This document shows, in pieces, positions 27,475 to 40,167 of a stretch of DNA of 64,000 nucleotides; positions within the stretch are counted from its first letter, which is position 1, and every line of letters starts with the position of its first letter. This DNA is from Lingula anatina (lineage: Eukaryota; Animalia; Brachiopoda). The translations under genes were made by a program, and so were the position numbers. The notes below the pieces were generated by a model. The model did no database searches, was not told the DNA's origin, and saw nothing but the letters and a program-made list of their open reading frames with translations. The stretch lies in NCBI GenBank assembly GCA_051362555.1, contig CM120642.1, positions 13,392,001 through 13,456,000 of the forward strand. The letters run 5' to 3'.

Positions 27475-27661
27475 CCGAAATATTGTTTGCTTTGACGTAT
27501 TACATCACGCAAAGATTGCGTTGTTTGTAAAGCTCAAGTAGTTCGTTGAACAAACCAATGGCATTGAAAGAAAGCAGGCAGAATCTGCTCAGCTTTGTAT
27601 AGGCCAGCGCGAGTTAATATAGATTAGTTTCAGACATTATTCGCCGAGCATACCAAGCACT

Positions 27662-28897
27662 ATGCAGATGGGTAGAGGCTATACTAAGTTGCTCATATAC
27701 ATCTTAATGTGTTGGGTTTTGGTCATAATTTTTCTGCAGTTAACTTTCACTTCACGGTATGTACATTTCCATAGGACTCATAGGCCTATTACACGGGTTG
27801 TGGCTCTAACATGGAACGAAACGTCCAGCAGAAAAAAGATCATCCTGATTTGGAACAACAAAGAGATGGGTGAGTACGCAATCAACAACGACGTCTTCAG
27901 CGCGTGTCCAGGCACTGCGCAGCAATGTCTTATAACCAACGATCACAGGCATTTCCCTGAGAGCGACGTCGTTGTATTCAATGCGAAAAGGCTAGGAAAT
28001 CTAAGGGAAAGGGAGGAGTCTGGATTTCCGCGTTATCACCCGCCTAACCAGAGGTGGATATTCTTCACCAGGGAGAGTCCATGCAACATGCCAAGTCTCC
28101 CGGATAGTACATGGGGTGGGTTAGAAAACCAATTTAACTGGACGATGTCGCACCGCTTGGACTCAGACATACCGTTCACTTATGGGAAGATCGTGGAGAG
28201 AAACACGCCACTGGAGAAGGATTTTGTTTCTGTAGCAAAAACTAAATCAAAGCTTGTTGTGTGGATGGTGAGCAACTGTGACACCCACAGCAGACGAGAG
28301 CAGTTCGTCATGGAATTGCAGAAATACATAAAAGTGGATATTATAGGCGCTTGTGGTAATGATATTTGTGCAAAAGAAAACATGGAATATTGCAATAGTT
28401 TAGTAAATAGAGAGTATAAGTTCTATCTGGCATTTGAAAACAGCTTCTCCAAAGATTACGTCACGGAGAAATTTTACAAAACGGTAGAATGGGACGTTGT
28501 CGCAGTGACGCGAGGGGGCGCTGACTACTCTCACCTGGGAATAAAACCCAACTGGCATATTGATGCCTTGAAATTCAGATCCCCAAAATATCTCGCTCAT
28601 TATTTACTCTGGTTGGATAGAAATCCGAAAGCTTACGCCAAACTGTTGGAATGGAAAAACAAATACACGCTATACCAAGGGCAAGAATGGTGTTCTATGT
28701 GTGACAAAGTTCAGAATACATTAACAGCTCCTCGTAAAGCATATTCTAAGGAAAGGTTAACCAGATGGTTTTATTCACCTGGCTGTGAAACTCCCCATGA
28801 TGTTCCAATTTACACAGAATGGCGCTTTCCATATGATAAAAGTTTTGCTTTCCCACTCCAGCACCATCACAGGTTATATAACACGGCAGTGTTATAA
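27662..28897 (+). CDS. Alpha-(1,3)-fucosyltransferase (glycosyltransferase family 10), intronless CDS
   Basis: 411-aa ORF with an N-terminal type II TM anchor, SDVVVF, QRWIFFTRESP, FNWTMSHRLDSDIPFTYG, VVWMVSNC and the GT10 motif YKFYLAFENSFSKDYVTEKF. Confidence 0.95.
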   Translation: MQMGRGYTKLLIYILMCWVLVIIFLQLTFTSRYVHFHRTHRPITRVVALTWNETSSRKKIILIWNNKEMGEYAINNDVFSACPGTAQQCLITNDHRHFPESDVVVFNAKRLGNLREREESGFPRYHPPNQRWIFFTRESPCNMPSLPDSTWGGLENQFNWTMSHRLDSDIPFTYGKIVERNTPLEKDFVSVAKTKSKLVVWMVSNCDTHSRREQFVMELQKYIKVDIIGACGNDICAKENMEYCNSLVNREYKFYLAFENSFSKDYVTEKFYKTVEWDVVAVTRGGADYSHLGIKPNWHIDALKFRSPKYLAHYLLWLDRNPKAYAKLLEWKNKYTLYQGQEWCSMCDKVQNTLTAPRKAYSKERLTRWFYSPGCETPHDVPIYTEWRFPYDKSFAFPLQHHHRLYNTAVL

Positions 28898-30761
28898 GCA
28901 CAAAACAAAAACGTAAACAAATTATTTTCACAATTACTCAGTGAGTAATTATACCAAGATTTTGGATTTAGATCTTATTTCATTAAGCGCGCTCAAGCAC
29001 TGACCAAACATAATAACCTTCCGATCTCTAGTAAACAGTAGACGAAGTGCACCTTGATTAATACTGAACTCTAGTGGTCAGCAAACGCGTCATAGTAATT
29101 ACAGAGAAAACGGACCAAGCTACTACAATGCCACGTTGTCAAAAATAGAAAGATATAATTAAACGACTTAAGGTATAATGCATGAATGTTTAAGAGACAC
29201 TTCGATGAATCCAGGAAAATGACCAGTTCCGGTTCAGTCAAAATTAAATATTAATAATAAAAGAACCGGGCAAATCACAATATTTAAGTCGAAGGTCTAG
29301 AATCAGTATTTCTAATAATTAAGTAAATGTTGAATCAAAAATGTCCATCCTTGACGTGAGATGTGAACCACCTGTCGCCCTAATTTTGTTATAAAAATGC
29401 AGCATTCTGCCGCATTCGGTGTGTTCGTTAAGTGTTCGGCGAGTCGGGAAAGTAGTGGCATTGGAAGGAGACATTGAGGGAGAGACATCGTGGTCACATC
29501 TTCAACTTGATGTAGTCCGTGTGTGCAGAATAAAATTCCTTTTAAAGGAAAAAGAGAGTTGTTCTTAACTTTACAGTGACGCGCTTTTATCACACGTAGA
29601 AGCCCCCCGTCACAAAACCATTGAAAAAACTTTTATTATTGTGAGCACAAAGGGGATGAAGAGCCCGGTGTGGGGCTTTTTTCAATAAACGGGTCGAAGA
29701 TGATGGAAATTATCCAACCTTTTTTGGTGGAAACCGGTGTGACATGAATAGTAGTCAGCCAGCAACCTTACTACATTCCCATTACTTTGTACAAGTGACA
29801 TGAATTCGTCCCATATAATGAGTCCATTACTCCGACCATGGAATTATATGTAGATAAACTTCCATGCTCCGACTAACCCTAACATGCATTAATCATAAGA
29901 GACCCCGGACTTCCGTTCCTAGGACTATACCATTCCAGTCACTTTTGGCTTCCTGTAGGAATTTTTGAAAGAGTTTTATAATACTAACTCTGAGCATCGC
30001 CGGCATGCCTTCATTTTGCAATAGCAGTACGTAGATCTGAAACAATCCACACCCGTCAAATGTCACTTTAAAGATTGAAGAATTCCCACCATCCACGTCC
30101 TGTTTATTAAAAAAAAAAAAAAAAAAACACCCTGGTCACTTCATTCCCGATGCCCTCACAATAATAAACCTTTTTAGCTCCCTTAACCTACTATTCCAAA
30201 TTACCTTAAACTTCGAAAGTATTTTAATCACAACATCCAGTAAAACAAAGGTTTTTTTTATTTCCGAAACCTTGAACGAATCGATATCAACTAGTCTGAA
30301 AACATAATATATCTTACTGACTCACGTAATCCTCGCCCTTTGTATTTGCCTTCCACCGCCGCGTATGGCACAGTCAGATAAAAAAATAAAAAATCAAATA
30401 CAACAAATTAAAAACTAAAAACAACGAGAAGGATATTGAACAAGCACCCTAAAAGGCCTACTGGCAAGCACAACCACCGTGCATATTGAATAAGCCTTAA
30501 AAGGCCTAATGACTTGTAACAGGTGTGATTATAAACGGAAAAAATGTGCAGTCATTTTTTCGACGAAAAGTTTTGACGTTATCAGAAGTCAATGCCATAT
30601 TATATCAAGGTTTAACTAACAGAAGGTTTAAAAAACTGTTAGCTTTATTTTTTGAGCATCTGTTGATCCAGTTAAGGTAATACAAACGTTCCAGGATTCT
30701 GTAGTCTAAAAAGAAAGCAAAGTGAAAAAAGTGTACCTGAAGCTGGCATCCGTATGGTTAC

Positions 30762-33700
30762 TCATTTAATTTTGTCGTGGACTTGGTCGTTAATATTGTC
30801 AAAAAGATCTCTATAAACTCCACGTGCCATTTGAAATGCCCAGTAGAACATTGGCACGAGAAGTACAAGGCTTCCCGTGATGCACTGCGTGGGAATTCTG
30901 ACGGGTACTTCCCACAGGGAGAGGTTGTGTTGTAAGCCGTATCTCCAAAACATGTACGGGAACCTCATGATACCAAACATCACATAAGTTACAACCATCA
31001 TTACACCACTTGCCATGTACAGGGAAGACGCTTTCATCTCCAACTGAAACGAAATTACGAACACGACTTAAATATGCCCTCCCTGCTCTTTGAAGACGAT
31101 TTTAAGTAAGTTCTTTTAAATTTAATACTGAACTAACGATTTTGTCTAGTTGACAACATCTCCCTCCTTAGAATACAGAACTATTCTCGGTCTTGTTACG
31201 TAATCCGCGACAAAGTTATTTGATCACCCTGTCCCAATTCCTGGACAAGTGAAACTTTTATTCTCCATTTGTAAGGCTTCCTTTACACCCCTTTTTAACA
31301 CCGAAGACCTATGTAACATCGCACATGGACTTCTAACCCGCACCCCCCCCCCCCCATCACTCCCGAAAAATGTCCCTTACAGCATGGACAAAATTATTTT
31401 GCCTATGCTTATAGTAATGAAGTCTAAGATCTACACGTGAAAGCGTGTTGACAGTGCCAGATAGTCACAGAAGCTCTGCTTTTTATTTGTTTTCAGTGTG
31501 TGTTTCTTCGTTTTTCTGTATGAGAATGTAGTTTGTCTGGGGCGCTTACCGTTGTCAATACACTTCTTAGGCAGATGAATGGTTCGGAAAATTGCACGAG
31601 GTAGAAACAACCAACAAAGAAGTCTCCCATATTTCCTCTAAAGTACTGAAAAATAAATGATTTTTTTAAATCTAGGGGCAACTATTATGAAATTTCAAAT
31701 ATATTCTTGAAGGATACAATACAATTGCAATACAGTAATAATTTTTTGCGGCACGAGCTAAGCTAACACTTTGATGATAATATAGGAGTCTGTTGAAAAG
31801 AACATCAATTTCTTTCCACCTCCCACTTAATTCAAATTCTATTTCTGGTCAACTGATATATTCCCTAAAACTCACTACTATTACAGGAAAAAATATAAGG
31901 ATAACAGCCATGTGGTGAAAGATCAACAGTGCCCTCTTTCGGAGAAAACTTAGTTTCATCAACTTGTCGCCTCTCAAGTGTCTGTTTTTTTGCTCAAACG
32001 CCTTGTACAGTGCCCACGTATCAAAGTAGTAATATGGTACGTCGAAACACGGCAGCGCAATAGCAAGCCAGTGTCTGTAATACAACGATAGGCATTTTAA
32101 AAAATGTTGATTTTAATTAATTGTCTGGAAGAACGTGTTTATTTTGATTCTTTATGTCAAGATGAAGCTTTCATTCATGATCTCGTAGTTCGATTTTTTT
32201 AGAAAGTAACCCAGATCTGGTTAGATATTTTTGCAACACATTATTTGAAGCAAAATTATGCAAAGCAATGGAAAACTATTCGTCGTTTCGTTTAAAATCT
32301 CGACTTTGTAAAACAAATCTTGTTGAGATATTAAGTTTATGTGTGTGTTGTGGGGGGGGGGGGGGGGGTGTTAACGGGTACTATTTCGTCTGATCCCGCT
32401 CTGCTCTTTTCGATTTCCAAAAGACAAGTTTTCCAAATACAGGCTGTTTTTGGAAAAATGTACACTTTAGAGAAGCGTTAAAGGGGCTTGAGGAAAAAAG
32501 GCCCTCGCTGAGACAACAGAAACAAGATTTATTTTAATAGGTTATTTGACAAAAAATAAATACCTAAAAATTCAATGCGAAAAAAAAACGAGAATATGAC
32601 AACAATGGCAAATACAATTCCTAGAAAATGAAATTGGACCCTAACAATAGAAAGATACAAAACTGGCTGGGGGGTATTATATATATACTTGTATAGTTTA
32701 TAAATACTTATATATTTTCTACATACTTATATATTTTTTGAATAGCACCATATATTTCAATATTTCCTGGGAAAATTAAAAATGTGTATTACACAGCCAC
32801 GAAAAAAGTACCTACCTGTTGTACAGTACGTCATCCTGACAGCTCATCACTATACACAGCCCCATAACACTGCCCAGTACGGAGTGCACTGCAGTAACCC
32901 CTCTGCAACACAGGAGAACAATTCAACAGAAATCATTGTGCTATTAACTTTGGGAAGTCGACGTTTGATTGCAAACCCTCATATTTTGTCCCTACTCTTG
33001 TTGTCCTTGCTGTTTAACTAAGATAATTAAATCAACACAGTGCATTAAATATATTAAGGCAAAAGTCTCCTCAACAGTTATTTTTATCAGCCTATGCATC
33101 TTGCACAGTTTAAACTTTTTTTTCACTTTACTCCACGAAGTGGAAAGATTGGCAAGTTAGAAACTAACCTGGTGTTGAATAACAGTAGGGCACATATATA
33201 CCGTTTAAAAAGATACAGTGCTGCCAGTGCCCTAGTAGGTAGAAAAACCGCCTAATCTTTTAATAGTCTCTCCGCCTCCCCACACGTCGTCCCTGCGGGG
33301 TACAGTAATTAAATCTCGGCTCCGTTCGCCATGCGGAAGCTACCTGAGAAATATTAAGTGCGCATGCTCATCAGTTAAACTCGTGGTGAAGAAGGCATGG
33401 CGGCTGAAGGCGATCGAAGGAAAAAAACTCTTCTGTTCTATTATCTTTGAAAACAGAGACGAAAAAGGAATAATTTGGCCCGTAGAGCAGCAATGAATCG
33501 ACTATCTACGGAGATAATATCACCAGAGATATTCACGGAAATATTAATGTTCGGAGCCGAGATTTAATTACTGTACCCCGCAGGGACGACGTGTGGGGAG
33601 GCGTGTGAGAGGCGGAGAGACTATTAAAAGATTAGGCGGTTTTTCTTTCATGTACGTCCGCCATTTTTAGGTCACCGGCTTTGTAAAGCCTGGCTTAATT

Positions 33701-34159
33701 CGTTGAGAATGCGCTCATAATGAGAGGAACTAAAGCGTACAACTTATCAACTTCCATGATGTAAGATTATGATGCCCCATATTTTTCTCTGTGATATGCT
33801 GGATCTGCGCATGCATTACTTCTCTGTTTCACCTTTGGAGTGAGCTGGCCATCACCTCTCCCGGTTGAAAAAAATTGTGAGTGTGCACGAGTGTCTGTTC
33901 ACGCGCACGCGTAGGATTACGAATGTGAATTATATGTGTTCGTTCTTGTGTGTATTTCCATCGTTTTCTTCCTGTAATCTACTTACTTTGTAGCAATCGT
34001 ATAAATTTGATCTCTGCTCAGGGTCTGGTAGTTTGCCTTCAATATGACGCGAAACAAGGTGTATATGAAGGGGAAGACCACGCAGCCACAGCCGTGCAGT
34101 AACACGCGTTCTGTAACTGAGAACTCCCGTGCGGGCACCATGGAGTCAACCGGTGTCAT
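30762..34159 (-). CDS. TLC-domain protein, TLCD3/FAM57-like (ceramide-synthase-related), 5 exons
   Basis: Exons ~33987-34159, 32816-32902 (GVTAVHSVLGSVMGLCIVMSCQDDVLYNR), ~31876-32074 (HWLA...YYYFDTWALY...LIFHH), ~31550-31642 (GDFFVGCFYLVQFSEPFICLRSVL) and 30762-31044 (RFPYMFWRYG...YWAFQM). The start codon is uncertain (34159 or 34141). Confidence 0.85.
33241..33646. mobile_element. MITE with ~85-bp near-perfect TIRs in the TLCD intron
   Basis: 33241-33324 (agaaaaaccgcctaatcttttaatagtctctccgcctccccacacgtcgtccctgcggggtacagtaattaaatctcggctccg) is the reverse complement of 33552-33646, apart from a short insertion in the right arm. Confidence 0.85.
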
Positions 34160-34857
34160 TTCAACGAACTTTATGTCTGCCTCTGCTTGTGTCACCTGTG
34201 ATTTACAAAAAACTCCACCATATACCTTTCCTATTTGTAGTGAGATCAAAACAGCGTAATCAATTCACTTTTCGACAAAAGGGATAAACTATTCAACTGA
34301 TCAAGTTATTAAAATGACCCTTTATCTGTGTGGGAAAATTAGGTCGATGATGATAAGTCAAGGTAAAATGAGTTAATAAGTCAAAGGAAGGGGGCGTGGT
34401 ATTTCAATCACATATCTATTTACCGACAGCAGTTTTATCTTATGTTACATCGAGGTCATTTGAGTCTTTCGAACGCGTTATTTCCGTTAGAACTTTAAAA
34501 CAATTGAAGCTTGAAATATTTTATTAAAATTAATTATGTTGATATTTTCGTGTCTTTTTCTGTTACTTTCAATTGTCATTTCTCAATTCTCATTATCACG
34601 TTGCAGTATTAACTATATTTGGCTGACATCTAATGCTGCATAAATGGACAATTCTTAATAAACAACAACAACAACAACAAAAGAACATTTCAACAAATCA
34701 ATGAAGAAAAAGATTCATTTACATTGCGTTTATCATTCCACCTGACATATGTACGCATCGTTATGTAACACAATACGGTCACTAGTAAAAACATTTACAA
34801 AATGGAAAGAATTTAGAGGGATACAGATCCATAACTGAAGGAAGGACTAAAATCACC

Positions 34858-34924
<67 letters not shown>

Positions 34925-35159
34925 CTTCATTCAAGTTTATTAACGTCCGAATTTAACGTAAATAACTTAAGCCAGAACGTAGTAACTACGTAATATTGAT
35001 AATCAACACGGTGTAACGTGACAGAGTCCCCCATCCATTCATATGTAAAGGTAAGCCCACTTAGGTCAGGCTAACTCTTACCATTATAATTAAAGGGAGG
35101 GTGAACTTTTTATTACACTGACCCTTAGTTTCGTTACACCGGTTCAAATCCTCTACCAG

Positions 35160-35196
<37 letters not shown>

Positions 35197-35400
35197 ACAG
35201 ATATTCCTGACCCACTGACGTTATAGCTAAACCCCGGCCGAATTTGTATCGTGTCAACCCTAACCTGTACAAATGTGACGGGGACGGGTTCTCTGTTACA
35301 TGAACCCTGATTTTTTCGGCAATGATTGCCTAGTGGCCACTATTGGACTTTTTCCAGTAAAACCTTTCTTTTCAAGTCATTTTGATGGCTTCATCCAAGC

Positions 35401-37186
35401 TCAGGGAATAAGTCCGCTCAGCACGTTGACAGACGAAAAGGTCAACGGGTCGCTTGGGTTGTACGTCACGGGATATCTCGTGAAAAGCAGTCGGAGGTTG
35501 AGATCTCGAATCACTCCCTGGGTAAGTGTAATATTCTGGTAGAACGGTACATCTATTGGCGGAGTTTGGTATGCTGAAAAATAGTTTGTTTTAAAAATAA
35601 AAAATAATTCCTCAACACCGCACTACATAATTGCGTCTCAGCGCTGTTTCCAGATATCATTTCATATAAAATATATTATGATTAATGATCATTAATTAGA
35701 ACTGTTATATGAACAGTTTTAACAAATAAAAAAAAACTAATAAAAAGAATGATAGCTTGAAGAGATCTTGACATGAAATCCAACATATAATTGTTTGAAT
35801 AAAAAAAGTTATAAAATTCTCTCTGAAATATCGTAATTGTTAAGAGACGTGTAAGATGATGATTTGAGAAAGAAATTGATCATCATTGAACATATGTATT
35901 GCAGGGGCGGATCCTGGATATTTGAAGGGGAGTCCGTTTTTTAGGACTGACATGCCTCGGATTGCGAGGTCGGCGAAGCCTTCACTGGTCTTCTTGGCGT
36001 GGGGTTCGGGGTCCGCTCAAGGGCTTAGAAAAAGTTGGCTTTTGGAGGGCAAACGGTACGGTTTAGGACTATGATTCAGCTAATCAAAATTCTAGTTTCA
36101 AGAAGAAAAAAATATAATAAAATTTTCAGAAACCGAAGGGGGAGGGGGTCCCCCTAAATCCGCCACTGATTAAGAATACCTTTCCGATTAAGTGGAATTT
36201 GCCCATATGATGTTAGGCCCTACTGTTCCGGCGGGACTAAAGTGCGGCTAGTTCTATAGTGTTGTTTAGGTAATAAGGGACAGACGCACGTTTCTAATTT
36301 TTAAGTCCGATGCCCGGGTGATCGTAAGCCCAGACTATGGCCTTAATGATGGGTTGTAATTTGCACATACTACTTGAGATTTCCGGATAACAGAATATCA
36401 GATAGCTGTACCGGGTATTTAAGCATTCCTGAATTGCTCATTGTCAACGTGCATATTCAGCTTTAAAACTAACCATCATTTTATCTGTAAATTCTTTCAA
36501 AGATAAAAACGTACCAAGATGATATAAAGTCTATATCAGCATCAATATCCATACCTTGAGCCATGGACATAATGTCCATGCTTGAGCATTACTTATGAAA
36601 GTACGCGTGGGAAATTAACGTGCCATGCTTGTTTCAAGCAAGATTTTTGTCCAGAAAAATAACTTTTATACACCTAATAAAAACCTTAGGTTACGTAATC
36701 CTACACTCTCCCCGAAGTAAGATTGTGTCAACTCTGTTACTCTGAGTCTGCGAAGATGAAATTAACGTACATGACAACCTTCGACGTAAGATACGTTAAA
36801 ATAATGTCTTCAGACAAGAAAGGAGAAACATGATACCTTGATGATACTAGGGGTTCCCGAACTTGACGTACATGCAGCAAAAATATTTATCCCCTATTAA
36901 TTGAATGCTAGGAGAACAACAGCTAGTGATCTGGGTAATTCCTTTAAGAAGATAGATACGCCTCGTACTGTTATATCTTTTTTAATGCGCTGAATTGAGT
37001 CTTTATAAATAAACGGTTTCTTTTTCCCCCTTTGGGCATGATGGTAGCTGTTTTAAATTATTTGGATTTTAAGGCGGAATGAGCAAACAACTGCCGCTAA
37101 AGTCTTCACGACAATTTCTTTTCATCCTATTGACAATAATTTTCACTTTATGCCCAATATCAGCTTCAATGTGCCATTAAAAATAA

Positions 37187-37226
<40 letters not shown>

Positions 37227-38999
37227 AAGTACATATGCACGGTTTCAGTTTTCGATATTTTGACTACATACTGGCACATGTACCGGTACATGTGTATCCT
37301 AAAAACAACGAAAAGTGAATTGTTCGTACTCTCACTTTATCATAGGAAATAATAAAAAAAACTTACGGCCAGATTCGATTGATTCGCATCGACCTATCGC
37401 ATTAGCAGCCCCATCACAAAAGTAAACGGGTATTCTCGACACCAAGTATATATCATTGAAGCTGCATATCAAAGATACAGCTGGCTGAAAAGTGAAAATA
37501 TTAAAATATTATATCGTTAAATAGATTCAAATTAAGGCACATGCCGTCTTAATTTCTGGTGACATAAACAGAATTTGGCTCAACAATATCTTTGATTATT
37601 TCTCACAAAGACGCAAATGTTCATCTGAGAAAATATTTCTTCATCTACGTCCTACTATTAAGTTATTCAATCCTCTCTAAAACCTGAAGTACACATATTT
37701 AACAGTACACGCTTCCAAGAATAATAGCAGAATCTCATAGGAAATTTGATATACTGTCGTCCATAATGGTTGCTGTACCTAAGGATTGTTTTTCTTATCT
37801 TTCTTTCTTTCCTTTTCCTTTTTTCTTAAAATAAAAATAAACCTAGTCTTAGTCTTCTATCCTTTCATTTTTCTTATTATTCTCAAAATTATTTTGTAAT
37901 TTGGCACTCCATGTGCAATAGTTTTCTCTCTCTCTCTCTCTCTCTCTCTTTTGTGCATTACACTAAAAGAATAAATGATAGTGACACCAAGATCTAACAA
38001 AGATATGTGACGTATAATGTAAGAGAAAAGACTTACTAAGAGAAAGTCTACAATGTCTTGGGAGACAGTAGACGTGGTACCGCTGCCATCGAAGTTGACT
38101 TGACTGAACGATGATATACCCAAACAGTCCGAGGCCCTGGAGTTGCAATCCAAATCAGAACGACAAGGTGTGCCTGATACTGGAAAATAATATATTTGTG
38201 AATGAGTGAATATTTTAGTCATCATGTAGAATTAGGATCAGGAAATATGAACGATGGCACAGAAATATATCAGTTTAGTCAACTGTAAATGTGTTTGCTG
38301 AAGTTTAAATATTTGAAACGTGGCATATTGAAGTAATTTCATGAAGTATTAAATTTTATTGAGAGTTTTCATTTGCATATTTTTACAGAAATTCTCTGAC
38401 TGGATAAATGTTTGATAAAACTAATGATGAATAAAACTAATGTATGTGTAGACTGTAAACGGCAACAATTAAGATACATGTACTTTGAAATTAAAGATAA
38501 CACCCAGGAAATCATTATTGATTGATGTAATGTTTTGAGCGATTGGAAAAGGTCGCTAAATGAATAATGGATTCAAACCGATTTTGACCAAAAGGCTAGT
38601 TAGTCCTAGAAAGTATTGGTAATGAAAGAAAAATCGATGCTCAAATCTTATTTACTGGCACTTTAAATTAAAAAAAAATGAAAGCAAAATGAATCGATCA
38701 CAATTAAATAAAGATTCTGTCGTTAAAAGCAAGACACATAAGGAAAATGTTACATCTGAAACGGTTTCCGAATACTTACTGCTTGTACAGTCAACATCGA
38801 TATCTGGGGAGGCGGTAAGGTTATACGTCAGGTAGTATCCAGCTGGACACAGGCAGGCCTGAGCCGACGTTGTGAAGAGGAGGAAGAAAGGGTTGAATGT
38901 ACATGCCCCTTGTTGCGTCGTTAAACCATTATCACAAGCCAATATTTGTCCAGAAACTGCCGCAGCGGTCGTGCTGCAAGGGTTGAGAAGGGTATTACC
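35401..38999 (-). CDS. Unrecognised Cys-rich multi-exon protein, 5' end unresolved
   Basis: Exon-like segments bounded by AG and GTAAGT: ~38778-38999 (NTLLNPCSTT...ACDNGLTTQQGACTF...ACLCPAGYYL...DCT), ~38037-38175 (TPCRSDLDCNSRASDCLG...), ~37367-37484 (PAVSLICSFND...FCDGAANAIGRCESIES) and ~35401-35574 (YQTPPIDVPFYQNITL...VLSGLIP*). A possible upstream exon ends ATGG|gtaagt near 39352. Confidence 0.55.
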
Positions 39000-39121
39000 T
39001 AGAATTGAAACATGAAAGCCATCTCGTTAAATTGAAGTTACTGATATGGGATCGCTTCAGTTGCTCAATTTATAATGCTGATTTTCTTTCTAGGAATTAT
39101 ATATATATATATATATATATG

Positions 39122-39170
<49 letters not shown>

Positions 39171-40167
39171 GAACTGTTAATACACTTGTAATGAAAAGAA
39201 TAACCTTCATAATCTGTACGCTCTGGTGCAATCGTCTCGAAAAATAGCCCAGGTTGTTTTGAAACTTGCGAAAAAAGAAACTACCATTTTGTGCTGAGAA
39301 AGCTCTCAATAAAAATCCTATGTATGAAAATTTTTAAAATGTCCAACTTACCCATTTTTAAAGAAGGATGGGAATAGCTTCGACTCTTGTGAAACGGAAA
39401 TACTGTCTGAAAGTTCTACCAAAGAGGCGGCGAAGAAAGGGGAGATGAGCCGTCTATATGCGTGACACAAAGTAGGAACCTGCCGGTAATAACATGTATT
39501 AGCATAAATGCCAGCAATTTGCGTATCGCCAAAAATGTTTATTCATTAAACCAAGAAGGGTACATTAAACCAAGCAGTAGCTTTAATGGTTTCGCGTGGC
39601 TAACGTCTGAAAATCTATCATTGAAGCTAAATACCACTTTGACCAAAACACCAAACAACCTTATACTTTACGCAGGGCCCAAACATTTTATGCACACGTG
39701 CAGTTTTACCCAAGGAATTAGATGGGATATCTTATTTCTTGGTCTACCTGAACCTGAAACTCTCACTTTGAAACCCCTAAAGACTTTCATTCCAGGGCAA
39801 TGTCAACTTTTAGTATTTTTATTACTTAGTCGACTGCATTTTCAATTAGTTTTAATGCAGTTAAAGAAATGTATCTTATTGTCCTTATGAATTAAAACTT
39901 TTTTCACTTAAAGCAATTTTCACGTGTTATTCTATGAACTTTTACCTTGTAATACCCTCTACCAGGGCGACAGATTGATTTTTACAAGATTTTCACAGAT
40001 ATGTCTTTAGATTAATAGACAGTCATTTCATTCCCTGGCTTTTCAAGATTTCCCTATATTTCCCTGGTTGACGGTAACATTGTAACACCTAATTGTTGGT
40101 TGTAAATATACATTACTATAATTATTAAGTCCGTGCTCACATCTTTCTTTGACCTGTTGTGCATATA

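Noticed and set aside
39462-39890. 142-aa plus-strand ORF
   Set aside because: Non-ATG start, no recognisable motif or splice support; likely chance.
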